From Octopus sinensis (taxonomy: Eukaryota): a stretch of 64,000 nt of DNA. Location: the NCBI RefSeq assembly GCF_006345805.1, contig NC_043003.1:14818001-14882000 (forward strand), in the 5' to 3' direction. Numbering within the stretch: position 1 is the first letter of the stretch; the number at the start of each line of letters is the position of its first letter. The position numbers were made by a program, and so were the translations under genes. This document shows positions 52,381 to 64,000 of the stretch, piece after piece. A model generated the notes under the pieces. That model searched no databases. It was given only the letters and a program-made list of their open reading frames with translations, and was not told where the DNA came from.

Positions 52381-52912
52381 CAAAGTGAGATAACAAAGCC
52401 AAGGCTGTGAAGAGTTTTCAGGACATTTATAAGGAAAAAGGTATAGATATAGTCTTACAGCTGTTTCTGGGATATCATGGATATCCCTCCATCAGAAACG
52501 ATGTGAGATGGTTAAATAGAGGTAAATATTTGAGCTTGAAATAAGGAATTATTATGGAATAGGAGGAGATAATGAATATACAGGGAAATAAGAGAATGAA
52601 AGTTGAAATAAAAATATAAAATATATAAAGATATTGTAGCTGTGGTTCCATTATTCCAAGAAAGTGGTATATAGAAGTGGTAAAAAAGTTTCCTGTATGT
52701 GGTATGCAAGTTCCAATAGTAGTTCATGTTTAGTCATTTCAAAGTATGGAGCCATGGATTTTGTGTTGCTCATTCGAAGGGATCTTGTGGTGTGAATGAG
52801 AATTTGGGAATGTATTGGCAGTGTTTGTGGATAGATGGTGGGGAGAGATGTGTATGTTTACCATATATACCCATTTGAATTGTGGAAAAAATTGTCTAAT
52901 ATATATATTTAC
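52381..52912 (-). mobile_element. Penelope-like element 3' remnant (decayed GIY-YIG tail plus hammerhead-bearing pseudo-LTR)
   Basis: Minus frame PSIHKHCQYIPKFSFTPQDPFE*..WLHTLK*LN resembles PLE endonuclease C-termini; a hammerhead motif lies downstream. Confidence 0.5.
52452..52499 (-). ncRNA. Decayed hammerhead, helix III palindrome ACAGCUGU
   Basis: GUUU-CUGAUGG-A-GGGAUAUC(cau)GAUAUCCC-A-GAAAC-AGCU-GUA-AGAC; A9 is replaced by G. Confidence 0.6.
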
Positions 52913-53000
52913 GATTGACACATTTTAATTTATTAACATAATATTATATTATTATAATAATATAATATAATATAATATAATATAAATATAATATTATAAT

Positions 53001-53075
53001 CCTACAATTGTTTCAATTCAGACCCAAGAATAAATTTATAAAAATTCATGTTGATGGGTAAGAAGCACATCAGGG
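53001..53075 (-). ncRNA. Hammerhead, inverted twin of 53120 with a core mutation (CUGAUGU)
   Basis: Reverse-complement arm of the 52913-53289 palindrome. Confidence 0.6.
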
Positions 53076-53119
53076 TAATATTTGAAAAAAAATTACAGAT
53101 GTAATTTTTGTCAAATATT

Positions 53120-53196
53120 TCCCTGATGAGATTCTTACCCATAAACATGAATTTTTATAAATTTATTCTAGGGTCTGAATTGAAACAATTGTAGGA
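53120..53196 (+). ncRNA. Type I hammerhead with long helix II and palindromic helix III, intact core
   Basis: UCC-CUGAUGA-GAUUC..ACCC..AUGAAUUU(uuau)AAAUUUAU..GGGU..GAAUU-GAAAC-AAUU-GUA-GGA. Helix I is only 3 bp. Confidence 0.7.
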
Positions 53197-53314
53197 TTAT
53201 AATATTTGTATTTATATTATATTATATTACATTATATTATGATAATAATAATACAATATCATGTAAATATATATTAAAATGTGTCAATTGAAAGTCTCCA
53301 TTTTCTTTCCATTT

Positions 53315-53346
<32 letters not shown>

Positions 53347-53520
53347 CATGCAAACACACTGTCATACACGGAGATGCATACATATACATATACACATGCT
53401 GAACTGTATAGGCACCATCTCATCTCATACTACTCCTCTGACTGTTGTTGCTGCTTCTTTTAGCAAGTAACTACAGCTCTTTGCATTCATTCATTATTAG
53501 AGACACACTGAACTTCCTAC

Positions 53521-54775
53521 ACACCACACACACAATGCACACATACACATATGCATACACACACACACACACATGAAAAGAAAGATGCTGACAGATGCAA
53601 ATAGGCATGCACTTACATGTAAACACTCAAACATACACAAATGCACATATGCAGACACAAACTCTGGCAAGTGCATACACACACCAATGTATAGAAATGC
53701 TTACATACACATACACACACACAAATATACACACACATATATACATATACATGCATACATACATACATACATATATATACATGTATATATGCATATATAC
53801 GTGCACACACAAACACATACATACACATATACATATATATATACATACATATACATGTCTGTATACATATATATATATATATACAAGCACACACAAACAC
53901 ACATACATACATATATATGTATGTATGCGTGTAAATGCATATATAGATATACATATACATTCAAATAAACATATTTATACACACACATGCATGCACACAC
54001 ACACACACAAGACATACATATATATGTATGTAGGCATAGATGCACACTCACTAGCATATACACACATACGCATAAACACATACATACAGACACACACAAA
54101 CAGAGTTATACACCCACTATACACACAAGGGTATACACACACACACACCACACACACAATGCACACATACACATATGCATACACACACACACACACATGA
54201 AAAGAAAGATGCTGACAGATGCAAATAGGCATGCACTTACATGTAAACACTCAAACATACACAAATGCACATATGCAGACACAAACTCTGGCAAGTGCAT
54301 ACACACACCAATGTATAGAAATGCTTACATACACATACACACACACAAATATACACACACATATATACATATACATACATACATAAATACATATATATAC
54401 ATGTATATATGCATATACACGTGCACACACAAACACATACATACACATATACATATATATATACATACATATACATGTCTGTATACATATATATATATAT
54501 ACAAGCACACACAAACACACATACATACATATATATGTATGTATGCGTGTAAATGGATATATAGATATACATATACATTCAAATAAACATATTTATACAC
54601 ACACGTGCATGCACACACACACACACAAGACATACATATATATGTATGTAGGCATAGATGCACACTCACTAGCATATACACACATACGCATAAACACATA
54701 CATACAGACACACAGAAACAGAGTTATACACCCACTATACACACAAGGGTATACACACACACACACACACACAAA
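53521..54775. repeat. ~620-bp tandem duplication of a CA/TA-rich unit
   Basis: The anchor GAAAAGAAAGATGCTG occurs at 53575 and 54199. Confidence 0.9.
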
Positions 54776-55174
54776 AATACACACACACATATAAATTCAT
54801 GCATCTGTTCACATGCACATGCATAGATAGATATATGCATCTGCACACAGTTAAATACACTTCTCTCCTACCCACGTGTATATATACACCCTGTCTAATT
54901 TAAACATACTTGTAAGCCTGACATGAAAGGACAATCAACAAACATCTTTTCTTCTTTCAGCTGAAGGAAAAGATGAAATGAAGGACGATGATAAATAACA
55001 TCAGACTGATGAAAGAAAGAGATTGGCTTATGTCCTAGCCACTGCTGCTGACGCTGCTGACGCTGCTGCTGCCGATGATGATGATGATGGTAGTAGTGGT
55101 GGTGGTGACAGTGGTGGTGGTGATGTTGCTACTGATGCTGCCGATGATGATGATGATAACGATGATGACAATGA

Positions 55175-55208
<34 letters not shown>

Positions 55209-55374
55209 GGTGGTGGTGGCGGTGGTGGTGGTGGTGGTGGTGGTGGTGATGGTGGTTGTTGTTGTTGTGGTGGTGGTGGTGATGTTGGTACTGCTGCTGT
55301 CATCGATGATGATGGTGGTGGTGGTGGTGCCACTGCTGCCTGTCAATGATGATGATGAGGATGATGATGATGCC

Positions 55375-55417
<43 letters not shown>

Positions 55418-55505
55418 ATGATGATGGTGGTGGTGGTGGTGGTGGTGGTGGTGATGATGATGATGGTGGTGGTGGTGATGTTGCCACTGCTGCTGCTGCT
55501 GCCGG

Positions 55506-55557
<52 letters not shown>

Positions 55558-56142
55558 GGTGGTGATGGTGCCACTGCTGCTGCTGCTGTTACCGATGATG
55601 ATAATGATGATGGTGGTGGTGGGGGTGAGGGGCGGAGGTAGTATTGCCACTGCTGCTGCTGCTGCCGCTGATGATGACAATGACGATGATGGTGGTAATG
55701 ATGTTGCTACTGCTGTTGGTACTGGTGGCGCTGTTGCTGTTGCTGTTGCTAGTGATGTTGCTGCTGCAGGTGATGTTGCTATTACTGCTGCTGCTGCACT
55801 TCTGCTGTTGCTGCTGGTGATGTTGTTGCTACTGCTGCTGCTGCTGCTGTTGTCCTTGTCATTTAACCACTAACTCAACTTACAATCAAAGACAATCCAT
55901 CCATAGCCATCTCATATGTTTTAAAGAATTACCTTCAACCTCTTCCCATTATCTCACGTGTACTTTCCTTATTCAAAACAGTAGGTTATGACAAGAGGAA
56001 GATTTGGCTACTGTTTCTAGCACTTCAAACAACCTCCAGCATAGAAGTTTCCCTGTGACCTGTATGTATTGAGAACTCCTCTTGTTGTTTAGCCCCAGGT
56101 CTGTTTCCATCCACCCCAAGATTTTCAGAGAATCCTTTCACT

Positions 56143-56470
56143 ATTGTGTAGCATGGTTCAGTGGCGAGAGCGTCAGGCTCGCAATCATGAGGTAGTGAGT
56201 TCGATTCCCGGACCGGGTTGTGTGTTGTGTTCTTGAGCAAGGCACTTTATTTCATGCTGCTCCAGTCCACTCAGCTGTAGAAATAAGTTGCAACATCACT
56301 AGTGCTAAACTGTATTGGCCTTTGCCTTTCCCTTGGATAACATCGGTGGAGAAGGGAGGCTGGTATGCACGGGCGACTGGTGGTCTTCCAAAAACAATTT
56401 TGCCTGGACTTTTGCCTAGGAGGGGAACTTCCAAGGTGCAATCCCATGATCATTCATAACCGAAGGGGGA
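56143..56470 (+). mobile_element. SINE-D (tRNA head, CTTGAGCAAGGCACTT core). Relatives at 21790-21925(-) and 63140-63470(-); tail-only at 45610-45708
   Basis: B-box GAGTTCGATTCC, CORE/V-like segment and shared tail. Confidence 0.7.
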
Positions 56471-56497
56471 TTTTACCATTTTATATATTAATATAAA

Positions 56498-57360
56498 ATC
56501 TGCCCAATTTTCAAGAAAGGGAGCCGCGAAGACCCGCTTAACTACCGACCGGTTTCCCTTACATCAATAATCAGCAAGATCTTTGAAACCATCCTTAAGA
56601 AAAGTATGATGCTCCACCTCCTAAACACAGCCTCTATCTCTGATTCCCAACACGGCTTCGTGCCGAAGAGATCATGCTTGACCAACTTACTAGTAATGGA
56701 AGAATTGGTGGACGTGCATCCTCGATGATAGTGATGCTGTTGACATCGTTTTTTGGACTTTGCCAAAGCTTTTGACTCGGTAAACCACCGCCTATTACTT
56801 GTCAAGCTTCAAGCATATAGTTTCCATCCGGATATTGTACGATGGTTGGTGCCTTCCTCTCAGATCGCTCCTTCCAAGTCCAAGTTAATGGTTCGGGTCC
56901 GACGTCTCCAGTGCGAGCAGTGGCGTGCCTCAAGGTTCAGTGCTTGGGCCCTTGTTGTTCTTAGTCTCATAAATGACTTGCCCGACGACCTCACGCAACA
57001 CACCCTTCAGCCGTGGTGATCTCATTCTCGCCCTCAACATCATAAGCAGAAAGTGTAACCTCTCGAAAGAGCTGTTCTTCACTCCTGCTCCAGAGCGTCG
57101 GCTGCGGGGTCATTCCGAAAAGCTCTACCTGCAACGATTTCATCTCAATCGAAGGAGAGGAGCTTTCTCCGTCCGGGTTGCAGATCCGTGGACACCTGCC
57201 AGACGAATGGGAAGATGCCGACGACCACTTTGTCAAGCCTCCCTGGACCTCAAGTGGTCTGAACTCTTTACATGAACACCACCCTGTACTTAACTCCATG
57301 TCCCCCTACATGGCCTTGCTATTTGCTTTTGAGCCAAATTAACTAACTAACTAACTAACT
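56498..57360 (+). mobile_element. CR1-clade LINE 3' fragment, internally deleted, (TAAC)n tail
   Basis: Encodes ICPIFKKGSREDPLNYRPVSLTSIISKIFE, QHGFVPKRSCLTNL, DFAKAFDSVNH and the C-terminal LRGHSEKL..FSVRVADPW. Confidence 0.85.
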
Positions 57361-57363
57361 ATA

Positions 57364-57880
57364 TCTATATATATAAAACTGTAGTTGTGTGAGTGTCTGT
57401 CTCCTACGATTTAGATTCCTAACTCCTCCCACATTTTGCGGTGCAGTTTAACCAAATTCGGGTATCTTATAGTCGTGATTAATATCGAGCCCGTCTGAGT
57501 ATTAGCGTGCGTCTACGATGAGTCTACGATTTTAAAAATAGTTTAACATAATTTTTTATTCCATTTTAATGCATAATTTTTCGTGTGTCGATGGAGGCGG
57601 AGTTGGCGTCCACACTCAAACACCTGCACCTGTGCTTGCTTCTCCCCCTTCTTCCCTCCCTCGTGAAGCTGTGGGGAAGGGAGTTTAAGGAAATCAACGT
57701 CGTAATGCGTTGTCAAGGAGACCAGCGTTCTTTTAGAACAACGACTTCATGGCTTGAAGACACCAAAACAGAAATGGCTAAGAAAGCCCGAATTGGCATC
57801 TATAAGGGAAGTAACTCTCTAAAAATGATTATATAGTTATTTCCCTTACAAACCCGAGCAACGCCGGGCGATACTGCTAG
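57364..57880 (+). mobile_element. Non-autonomous Helitron
   Basis: A|TC 5' end, GC-rich hairpin CCCGAGCAACGCCGGG shortly before a CTAG|T 3' end. Confidence 0.8.
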
Positions 57881-57902
57881 TATATATATATATATTTATA
57901 TA

Positions 57903-58078
57903 GGTGCAGGAGTGGCTGTGTGGTAAGTAGCTTGCTTATGAACCACATGGTTCTGGGTTCATTCCCACTGTGTGGCACCTTGGGCAAGTGTCTTCTACTA
58001 TAGCCTCGGGCTGACCAAAGCCTTTGAGTGGATTTGGTAGATGGAAACTGAAAGAAGCTCTTCATATATATTTATATT

Positions 58079-58114
<36 letters not shown>

Positions 58115-58366
58115 ACTATATATATATATATATATATGTAGTATGTTTGTGTATATGTGCATCTGTGTTTGTCCCTCCCAACATCACTTGACAACTGATG
58201 CTGGTGTGTTTACGTCCCCGTAACTTAGCGGTTCAGCAAAAGTGACTGATAGAATGAGTACTAGGCTTACAAAGAATAAGTCCTGGGGTCAGTTTGCTCG
58301 ACTAAAGGTGATGCTTCAGCATGGCCACAGTCAAATGACTGAAACAAGTAAAAGAGTAAAAGAGAG
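57903..58366 (+). mobile_element. SINE-A, full length
   Basis: A/B-box-like head, GGCACCTTGGGCAAGTG core and GTAAAAGA tail repeats. Confidence 0.85.
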
Positions 58367-58524
58367 TGATATGCCCAATAAATGAACTTCAATCCATTGG
58401 CTGTTTATAACTTGGAAATATCTCCCTAGGCCTGACTGGCTTACACATGATTACTATTACAAGATATATAATTGTTGCTGGTTCTGGAGAGATTTCAGCC
58501 TAATATCAACTGGGAGCCATGTTT

Positions 58525-58890
58525 TGTAGTTTTGCGGTACCAGTGCCGGTGGCACATAAGAAAACCATCCGAACGTGGCCGTAGCCAGTACCGCATCGAC
58601 TGGCCTCCGTGCTGGTGGCACGTAACAAACACCATCCGATCGTGGCCATGCCAGCCTCGCCTGGCTTCCGTGCCAGTGGCACATAAAAACACCATCCGAG
58701 CGTGGCACATAAAAAGCAGCCACTACACTCACGGAGTGGTTGGTATTAGGAAGGGCATCCAGCTGTAGAAACACTGCCAGATCTGACTGGGCTGGTGCAG
58801 CCCTCGGACTTCCCAGACCCCAGTTGAACCGTCCAACCCATGCTAGCATGGAAAGCGGACGTTAAACGATGATGATGATGATGATGATGT
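58525..58890 (+). repeat. RTE 3' tail copy
   Basis: Modules, tail motif and (GAT)n. Confidence 0.85.
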
Positions 58891-59441
58891 GTAATATGAC
58901 AGCACCAACCCAGTTATTTTTCCACATGGTAACTGTTGTGACTGAAATATCACAGCCTATAGAATGCCTACTAAGTGATACCAACATATGGTCTGCTCTA
59001 CCACGAAGGGCTTGCAATGAAAGAACTGACCATACTGCAAATTTAAAAATTGTATGCCCTGAAATTTTACTAAACGATGGAGGCTTAAATGTTCTCATCA
59101 TCAAGCTATTATTAATTTTATTTTAAAGTGTCTCCTCTCTTTTCTTTTCTACTCTAAGCACAAGGCCTGAAATGTTGGGGGAGAGGGCCAGTCAATTAGA
59201 TCGACCCCAGTACACAACTGGTACTTAATTTATTGACCTCAAAAGGATGAAAGGCAAAGTCAACCTCAGCAGAATTTGAACTCAGAACGTAAAGACAAAC
59301 GAAATACCACTAAGTATTTTGCCCAGGATGGTAATGTTTCTGCCAGCTCGCCACCTTAAAGTGTCTCCACTTTTGCTCCAAGCATCTGATAACGTGAACA
59401 TTTTATGCACCCAATCAGTTACAAAATATCTACTTACATAT

Positions 59442-59472
<31 letters not shown>

Positions 59473-61819
59473 TGTGCATGTGCATATGTGTAAATGTATA
59501 TGTATATCTATCTATCTATCTCTCTATTTGCCTGTTTGTCTGTCTTTTTTTTCTTTTTCTTTTATTTGTTTCAGTCATTTGACTGCAGCCATGCTGGAGC
59601 ACCACCTTTAGTCTGTCTATCTATTTATACACACACGCACACACAGATATATACACATGTATATACATATGTATATTTATACACGCATATATGTATATAT
59701 ATATAATAATGAATATATATATATATATATACACATAAACAAATATGCATGTGTGTGTTTGTGTGTGTGTGTGTGTGTGTGTACATGCTCACACACTGGA
59801 TGTAGTCAAGTTCTTTTAGGAACTAATTCTCTCTTCCTTTTATACTCCCCAGTTTTGGTTTTTTTTCTTTTAGCAAAAATAGGAATCATTTTTCTCTTTT
59901 TTTTTGATAATCTAATTTTTTTTTTGCCACATTATCACAAAATACAAACCAACAAGTTAGTAAATAAACAAATAATGACACCTTTTATACAATAAGATAC
60001 TTTATTATTATCATCACGCTCCAACTACTTTCATACTGAAACTTGATTTTCAACATATTTTTCATTCGTTGCAAATGTAATTTATTTATTTATTTTTTTT
60101 TTTATCCCAATCAAATTTTAATGGAATTCTTACAATTCTATAAAGTCAATAGGAGATCAATCAAATTAATCACCTGAAGATTTACAGCATTTTTTAAACT
60201 TCAGGATGATTCCTTTTTGGAGTAAAGATTATTTGCCAACATAACATGGTAGTCCTGGTTTAGGACGAATGTTGCTGTAATTTACCTCCAAGAGACATCG
60301 TCTCCAGCTGGCTATACGACGTGATCTGTGTCCTTATATTTTCAGACAAGGGAATCTAGCACCCCCACTCAGCTCAAAACAATATCTGTGTATTGCGATT
60401 TTACTTGTTTTATATCCTCAGTAGAATCATTTCAAAATTAGTTGTAGAAGCAGTGCCAAGTTGTTGTGATTTCAAGAAAACCATTCTTAAGTTTAGCACA
60501 CACTCTTGCATTCTTGCCAAGTATTACACTTACTCAATCAAACCAAAATACAATTAGTTAATTTGCGAAATATTTATCACCAAATCCTGCATAATGGAAA
60601 CTTTGTGAAACAGAAATGTAGAAATATATATTGTTTCTGTATCCTGTCCTTTCAACTTGACCAAATCAAGAAAAATTCTTGGTTAAAAATCGCACTTTTA
60701 GATTGACACAAAAATGATAACTGGCTGACTTGAAATCATTCATGCCTCATTAATTATAAAACATCTAAATTTTTGTTGAAGTATCTTTGTAAATATTTCA
60801 TTTTGAATTTCTTTGCAATATGATCAACTATTTTAACAACTGTCTTGCAAGAATGAAGTTCTACTCCCATGCCTAATCCATTTTTTATTGTAGTGCAATC
60901 TCATCACCAATATCTGAAAATGACCTGTTTTCATTTTTGTTTTTACTGTTCACAGAATTAAAATATTTTATCTGATATACTTGTATATTTTTCATTTATT
61001 TTATCTATGGTTTTAGTAATTGCATTCTCGTTATGTTATGTTCCTTCAGTTGTATTATACAATATGTCTGTGTTGTCTATATATATATACATCTGTACAC
61101 TTGACAGCAAGTCTCCTCTGAAACAAATGTATTATTTTTGGCTGTACTAACAAAGTGTAAGATATCTAGTAGACTACTTTAGCTCTTGTGATACTAATAC
61201 CTATTTTGCTACATAATTTCTGTTTAAATTTTTAGCTTGTGGATAGAGTATTGATGTGTATTTTTTTATCATGGTGCTCATTCCAATGCTCCTCCAATCT
61301 CTCTGATAAGCTTCTGGCAGTTTCATCAATGTATGCCATGGTTGAAATTTTACATTTTCCTCTTTAATTTGAAGAATGGTTTTTTCATTGTCTTTTGTTA
61401 CACGTTTCATTAAAAATAGGAGTCACAAAAGTATACATGTAGAAAAAAAACATGAATAGATGTGCTTCATGAGGACACAATTTGGATTATAAACCTTTAT
61501 ATTTACTAATTATGCATGTACGTATGTGTAGATGGGTATATATGTATTGTTTGTGTGTGTGTGTATGTGAGTGTGTTAGTGTCATTGTCATACATATGGT
61601 GTCCTTTTTTCCAATCTGTGATAACATGCCAAGCCATGGAGAAATATTACCTTACTTGGAAACAGGTGAGGGTTAGCAAGAGACCTCGGCAGAATTTGAA
61701 CTCAGAACATAAAGACAGATGAAATACTGCTAAGCATTTTGCCTAGAGTGCTAACAATTCTGCCAACTTACCACCTTACAGCGTATATACATATTAATAC
61801 ATATATTGCTACTTGAAAT

Positions 61820-62028
61820 CGGTGTCGTGTGAATAGCACCCATGCTGGGGGCATGTAAAAAAGACCCATTATACTCTTGGATTGATTGGCATTAGGAAGG
61901 GCATCCAGCTGTAGACAACTACGCCAAATCAAACTGGAACCTGGTGCAGCTCTCCAGCTTACCAGTTCCAATCAAACCCTCTAACCCATTCCAGCATGGA
62001 AAGCAGACGTTAAATGACGATGATGATG
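61820..62028 (+). repeat. RTE 3' tail copy, short
   Basis: Tail motif plus GAT repeats. Confidence 0.8.
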
Positions 62029-62714
62029 GTGTTAATGACTGCTACCTAGAATGTGAGTCAACAAATAAATCCAGAGGTTGTTTTAGGATTTCAAAGTAAA
62101 ATTAAATGAAAATAACTTGGAAAACAATGGATTTTTTAATTTTTTATTTCCCTTGAAAAGTCATTCATGTTGAAAAAAATTATTTGTATTTCAACAGTTT
62201 TTCACTGAAAAGCTAAAATAAGACTTGACAGAGAAATTCAAGGGTTGTTTTTGAGGATTTCAAAGTAAAGTTAAGAGAAAATAACTTGAACAATAAATTC
62301 TTATTTTCGTTATTTCCATTGAAGAATCACGTGAATTGTAAAAAGTTGCTTGTTTTCCGATAGACTTCTTTAGGTAAAACACTCAAATATGATGTTTTTA
62401 CATTTGGTTTGCCTGATTTTTGATGTGAACTCAAGTGTTGGAGGATACTTTAATATATCTCAGGAGAATCATCAAGCAAATAATAAACACACACACCAGT
62501 TTTATTTCACTTCTTTTATCATTATTAGCCAGTTGGTTAACCATTCAACCAATTAACTAATTAATTATTTGATTAAGTTGACATCAATGTATGATGTGGC
62601 GGAGAGTGAGAAAGAGAAAATATATATATATATATATTATATATACAAAAAAAAAAAACTTGAAGAGAAATACATACTGTCAAAGAACTTGAAAAGTGTT
62701 TGAAAATTTTTCCA

Positions 62715-63137
62715 GGAGTGGCTGTGGGGTAAGTAGCTTGCTTACCAACCACATGATTCCGGGTTCAGTCCCACTGCATGGCACCTTGGGCAAGTGTCTT
62801 CTACTATAGCCTCAGGCCGACCAAAGCCTTGTGAGTGGATTTGGTAGACGGAAACTGAAAGAAGCCCATCATATATATGTATATATATATATATTTGTAT
62901 GTATGTGTGTGTGTATTTGTTTGTGTGTCTGTGTTTGTCCTCCCCCCAACATCGCTTGACAACCGATGCTGGTGTGTTTACATCCCCGTAACTTAGCGGT
63001 TCTGCAAAAGAGACCAATAGAATAAGAACTAGGCTTACAAAGAATAAGTCCTGGGGTCGATTTGTTCAACTAAAGGTGGTGCTCCAGCACGGTTGCAGTC
63101 AAATGACTGAAACAAGTAAAAGAGTAAAAGAGTAAAG
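62715..63137 (+). mobile_element. SINE-A, full length. Partial copies also at 1488-1650, 8283-8440, 15225-15375(-), 16972-17090, 2468-2640(-), 4455-4575(-), 59560-59612(-)
   Basis: Same diagnostic head, core and tail. Confidence 0.85.
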
Positions 63138-63589
63138 ATGGCAAATAAATCACACATGGCCTGATTCTCTGCTGGTTACAATGGCAAAAGTTCCAGGTGA
63201 TCTGATCAACGAACTACCTGCTTGTGAAATTAATGTACATATGGCTGAGTACTCCACAGACATGTGTACCCTTAATGAGATTCAGCGTGACATACCAAAT
63301 GTGACAATGCTGGTCCTTTGGAATAATAGGTACTACTCATTTTTGCCAGGTAAATGAACTGGAGCAATGAGAAATAAAGTGTCTTGCTCAAGAACACAAC
63401 ACACCACTGAGAATGGAACCTGTGACCTTATGATCGCGAGTTGAATAGCTTAACCCCTAAGCCATGTACCTCTCTTAAAAAAAGTGGTTCTCTGTTGGTT
63501 ACAGTGATATACATTCCATTGATACAATCAATCGAACTTGAAATTGATGTGCAAGTGGCCGAGCACTCTACAGACACAGATATCCTTAA

Positions 63590-63985
63590 CTGGCAGTATT
63601 GCCCGGCGTTGATCGGGTTTGTTTCAACCCTTTAGGATTGGAATTTTTGAAAAGTAAAAATTTTGCATTATGTAGCTTGTTATTCTCTTTAAGTGAACAT
63701 TTTTCTGGTTGAAATACACCGAAAAATAGCGACACAGCAGACAAAAAATCGTAAAAAATAGGGATTTTCATAGAAAAAAAGCACCTTTTTGATGTAAATA
63801 AATTTTGGTCTTAACATGGTCTGATTTGAAATTTTTCTTCTACGGAATGAAGAGCAAGCCTTTTTCTATCATACTCTCAATTTTGGTGAACTTGTGCTGC
63901 AGGGTCTCGGAGGAGATAGTGTTAGTTGAAGCCTACCAAACCAGCTACACACAGACAACTTCAGCTTTATATATATATATGTAGA
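63590..63985 (-). mobile_element. Non-autonomous Helitron, related family (CCAG-variant end)
   Basis: ACTGGCAGTATTGCCCGGCGTTGATCGGGTTTG at one end, TTTATATATATATATGTAGAT at the other. Confidence 0.65.
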
Positions 63986-64000
63986 TCTCAGGAGAATTCA

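Larger units (their letters stand above)
52913..53289. repeat. ~375-bp near-perfect palindrome
   Basis: Centre AATTACA-GA-TGTAATT at 53091-53106. The arms match out to ATTGACACATTTTAAT / ATTAAAATGTGTCAAT. Confidence 0.9.

Noticed and set aside
53001-53196. A-to-I editing footprint between the palindrome arms
   Set aside because: The arm differences in this interval are transversions and an indel, not A/G changes.
60235-60285. GTCC..GGAC-GAAT ribozyme-like hairpin
   Set aside because: No CUGANGA box or HDV pseudoknot; it reads as a simple stem-loop in a repeat.

Overview
AT-rich, microsatellite-saturated animal DNA made almost entirely of repeats. The tRNA-derived SINE set, (TA)n/(ATT)n/(CA)n density and LINE content resemble an Octopus genome; this is inferred from recalled sequences, with no search run. 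No complete host gene could be built, and only three low-confidence isolated exons were seen, one resembling GPR107/GPR108. Recognisable elements: (1) a 5'-truncated RTE LINE (26127-29579) with an open ORF, a YAND catalytic motif and a PHD-like C4HC3 finger inside the RT; (2) six R4/Dong-type fragments plus one tail-only remnant, in or beside (TAA)n tracts and oriented with them; (3) three fixed-length ~550-bp non-coding elements in the same tracts; (4) a CR1 fragment, four non-autonomous Helitrons, one HINE/DINE-1-like element, a mariner remnant and dozens of SINEs. The most striking signal is about a dozen hammerhead ribozyme motifs read by eye. Most are minimal type I with a self-complementary helix III, typical of Penelope-like elements. 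They come from at least five sequence families, and many sit in fold-back inverted duplications inside TA-rich tracts. Nearly all ORF-track entries are microsatellite artefacts. Coordinates were counted by hand and repeat boundaries are approximate.
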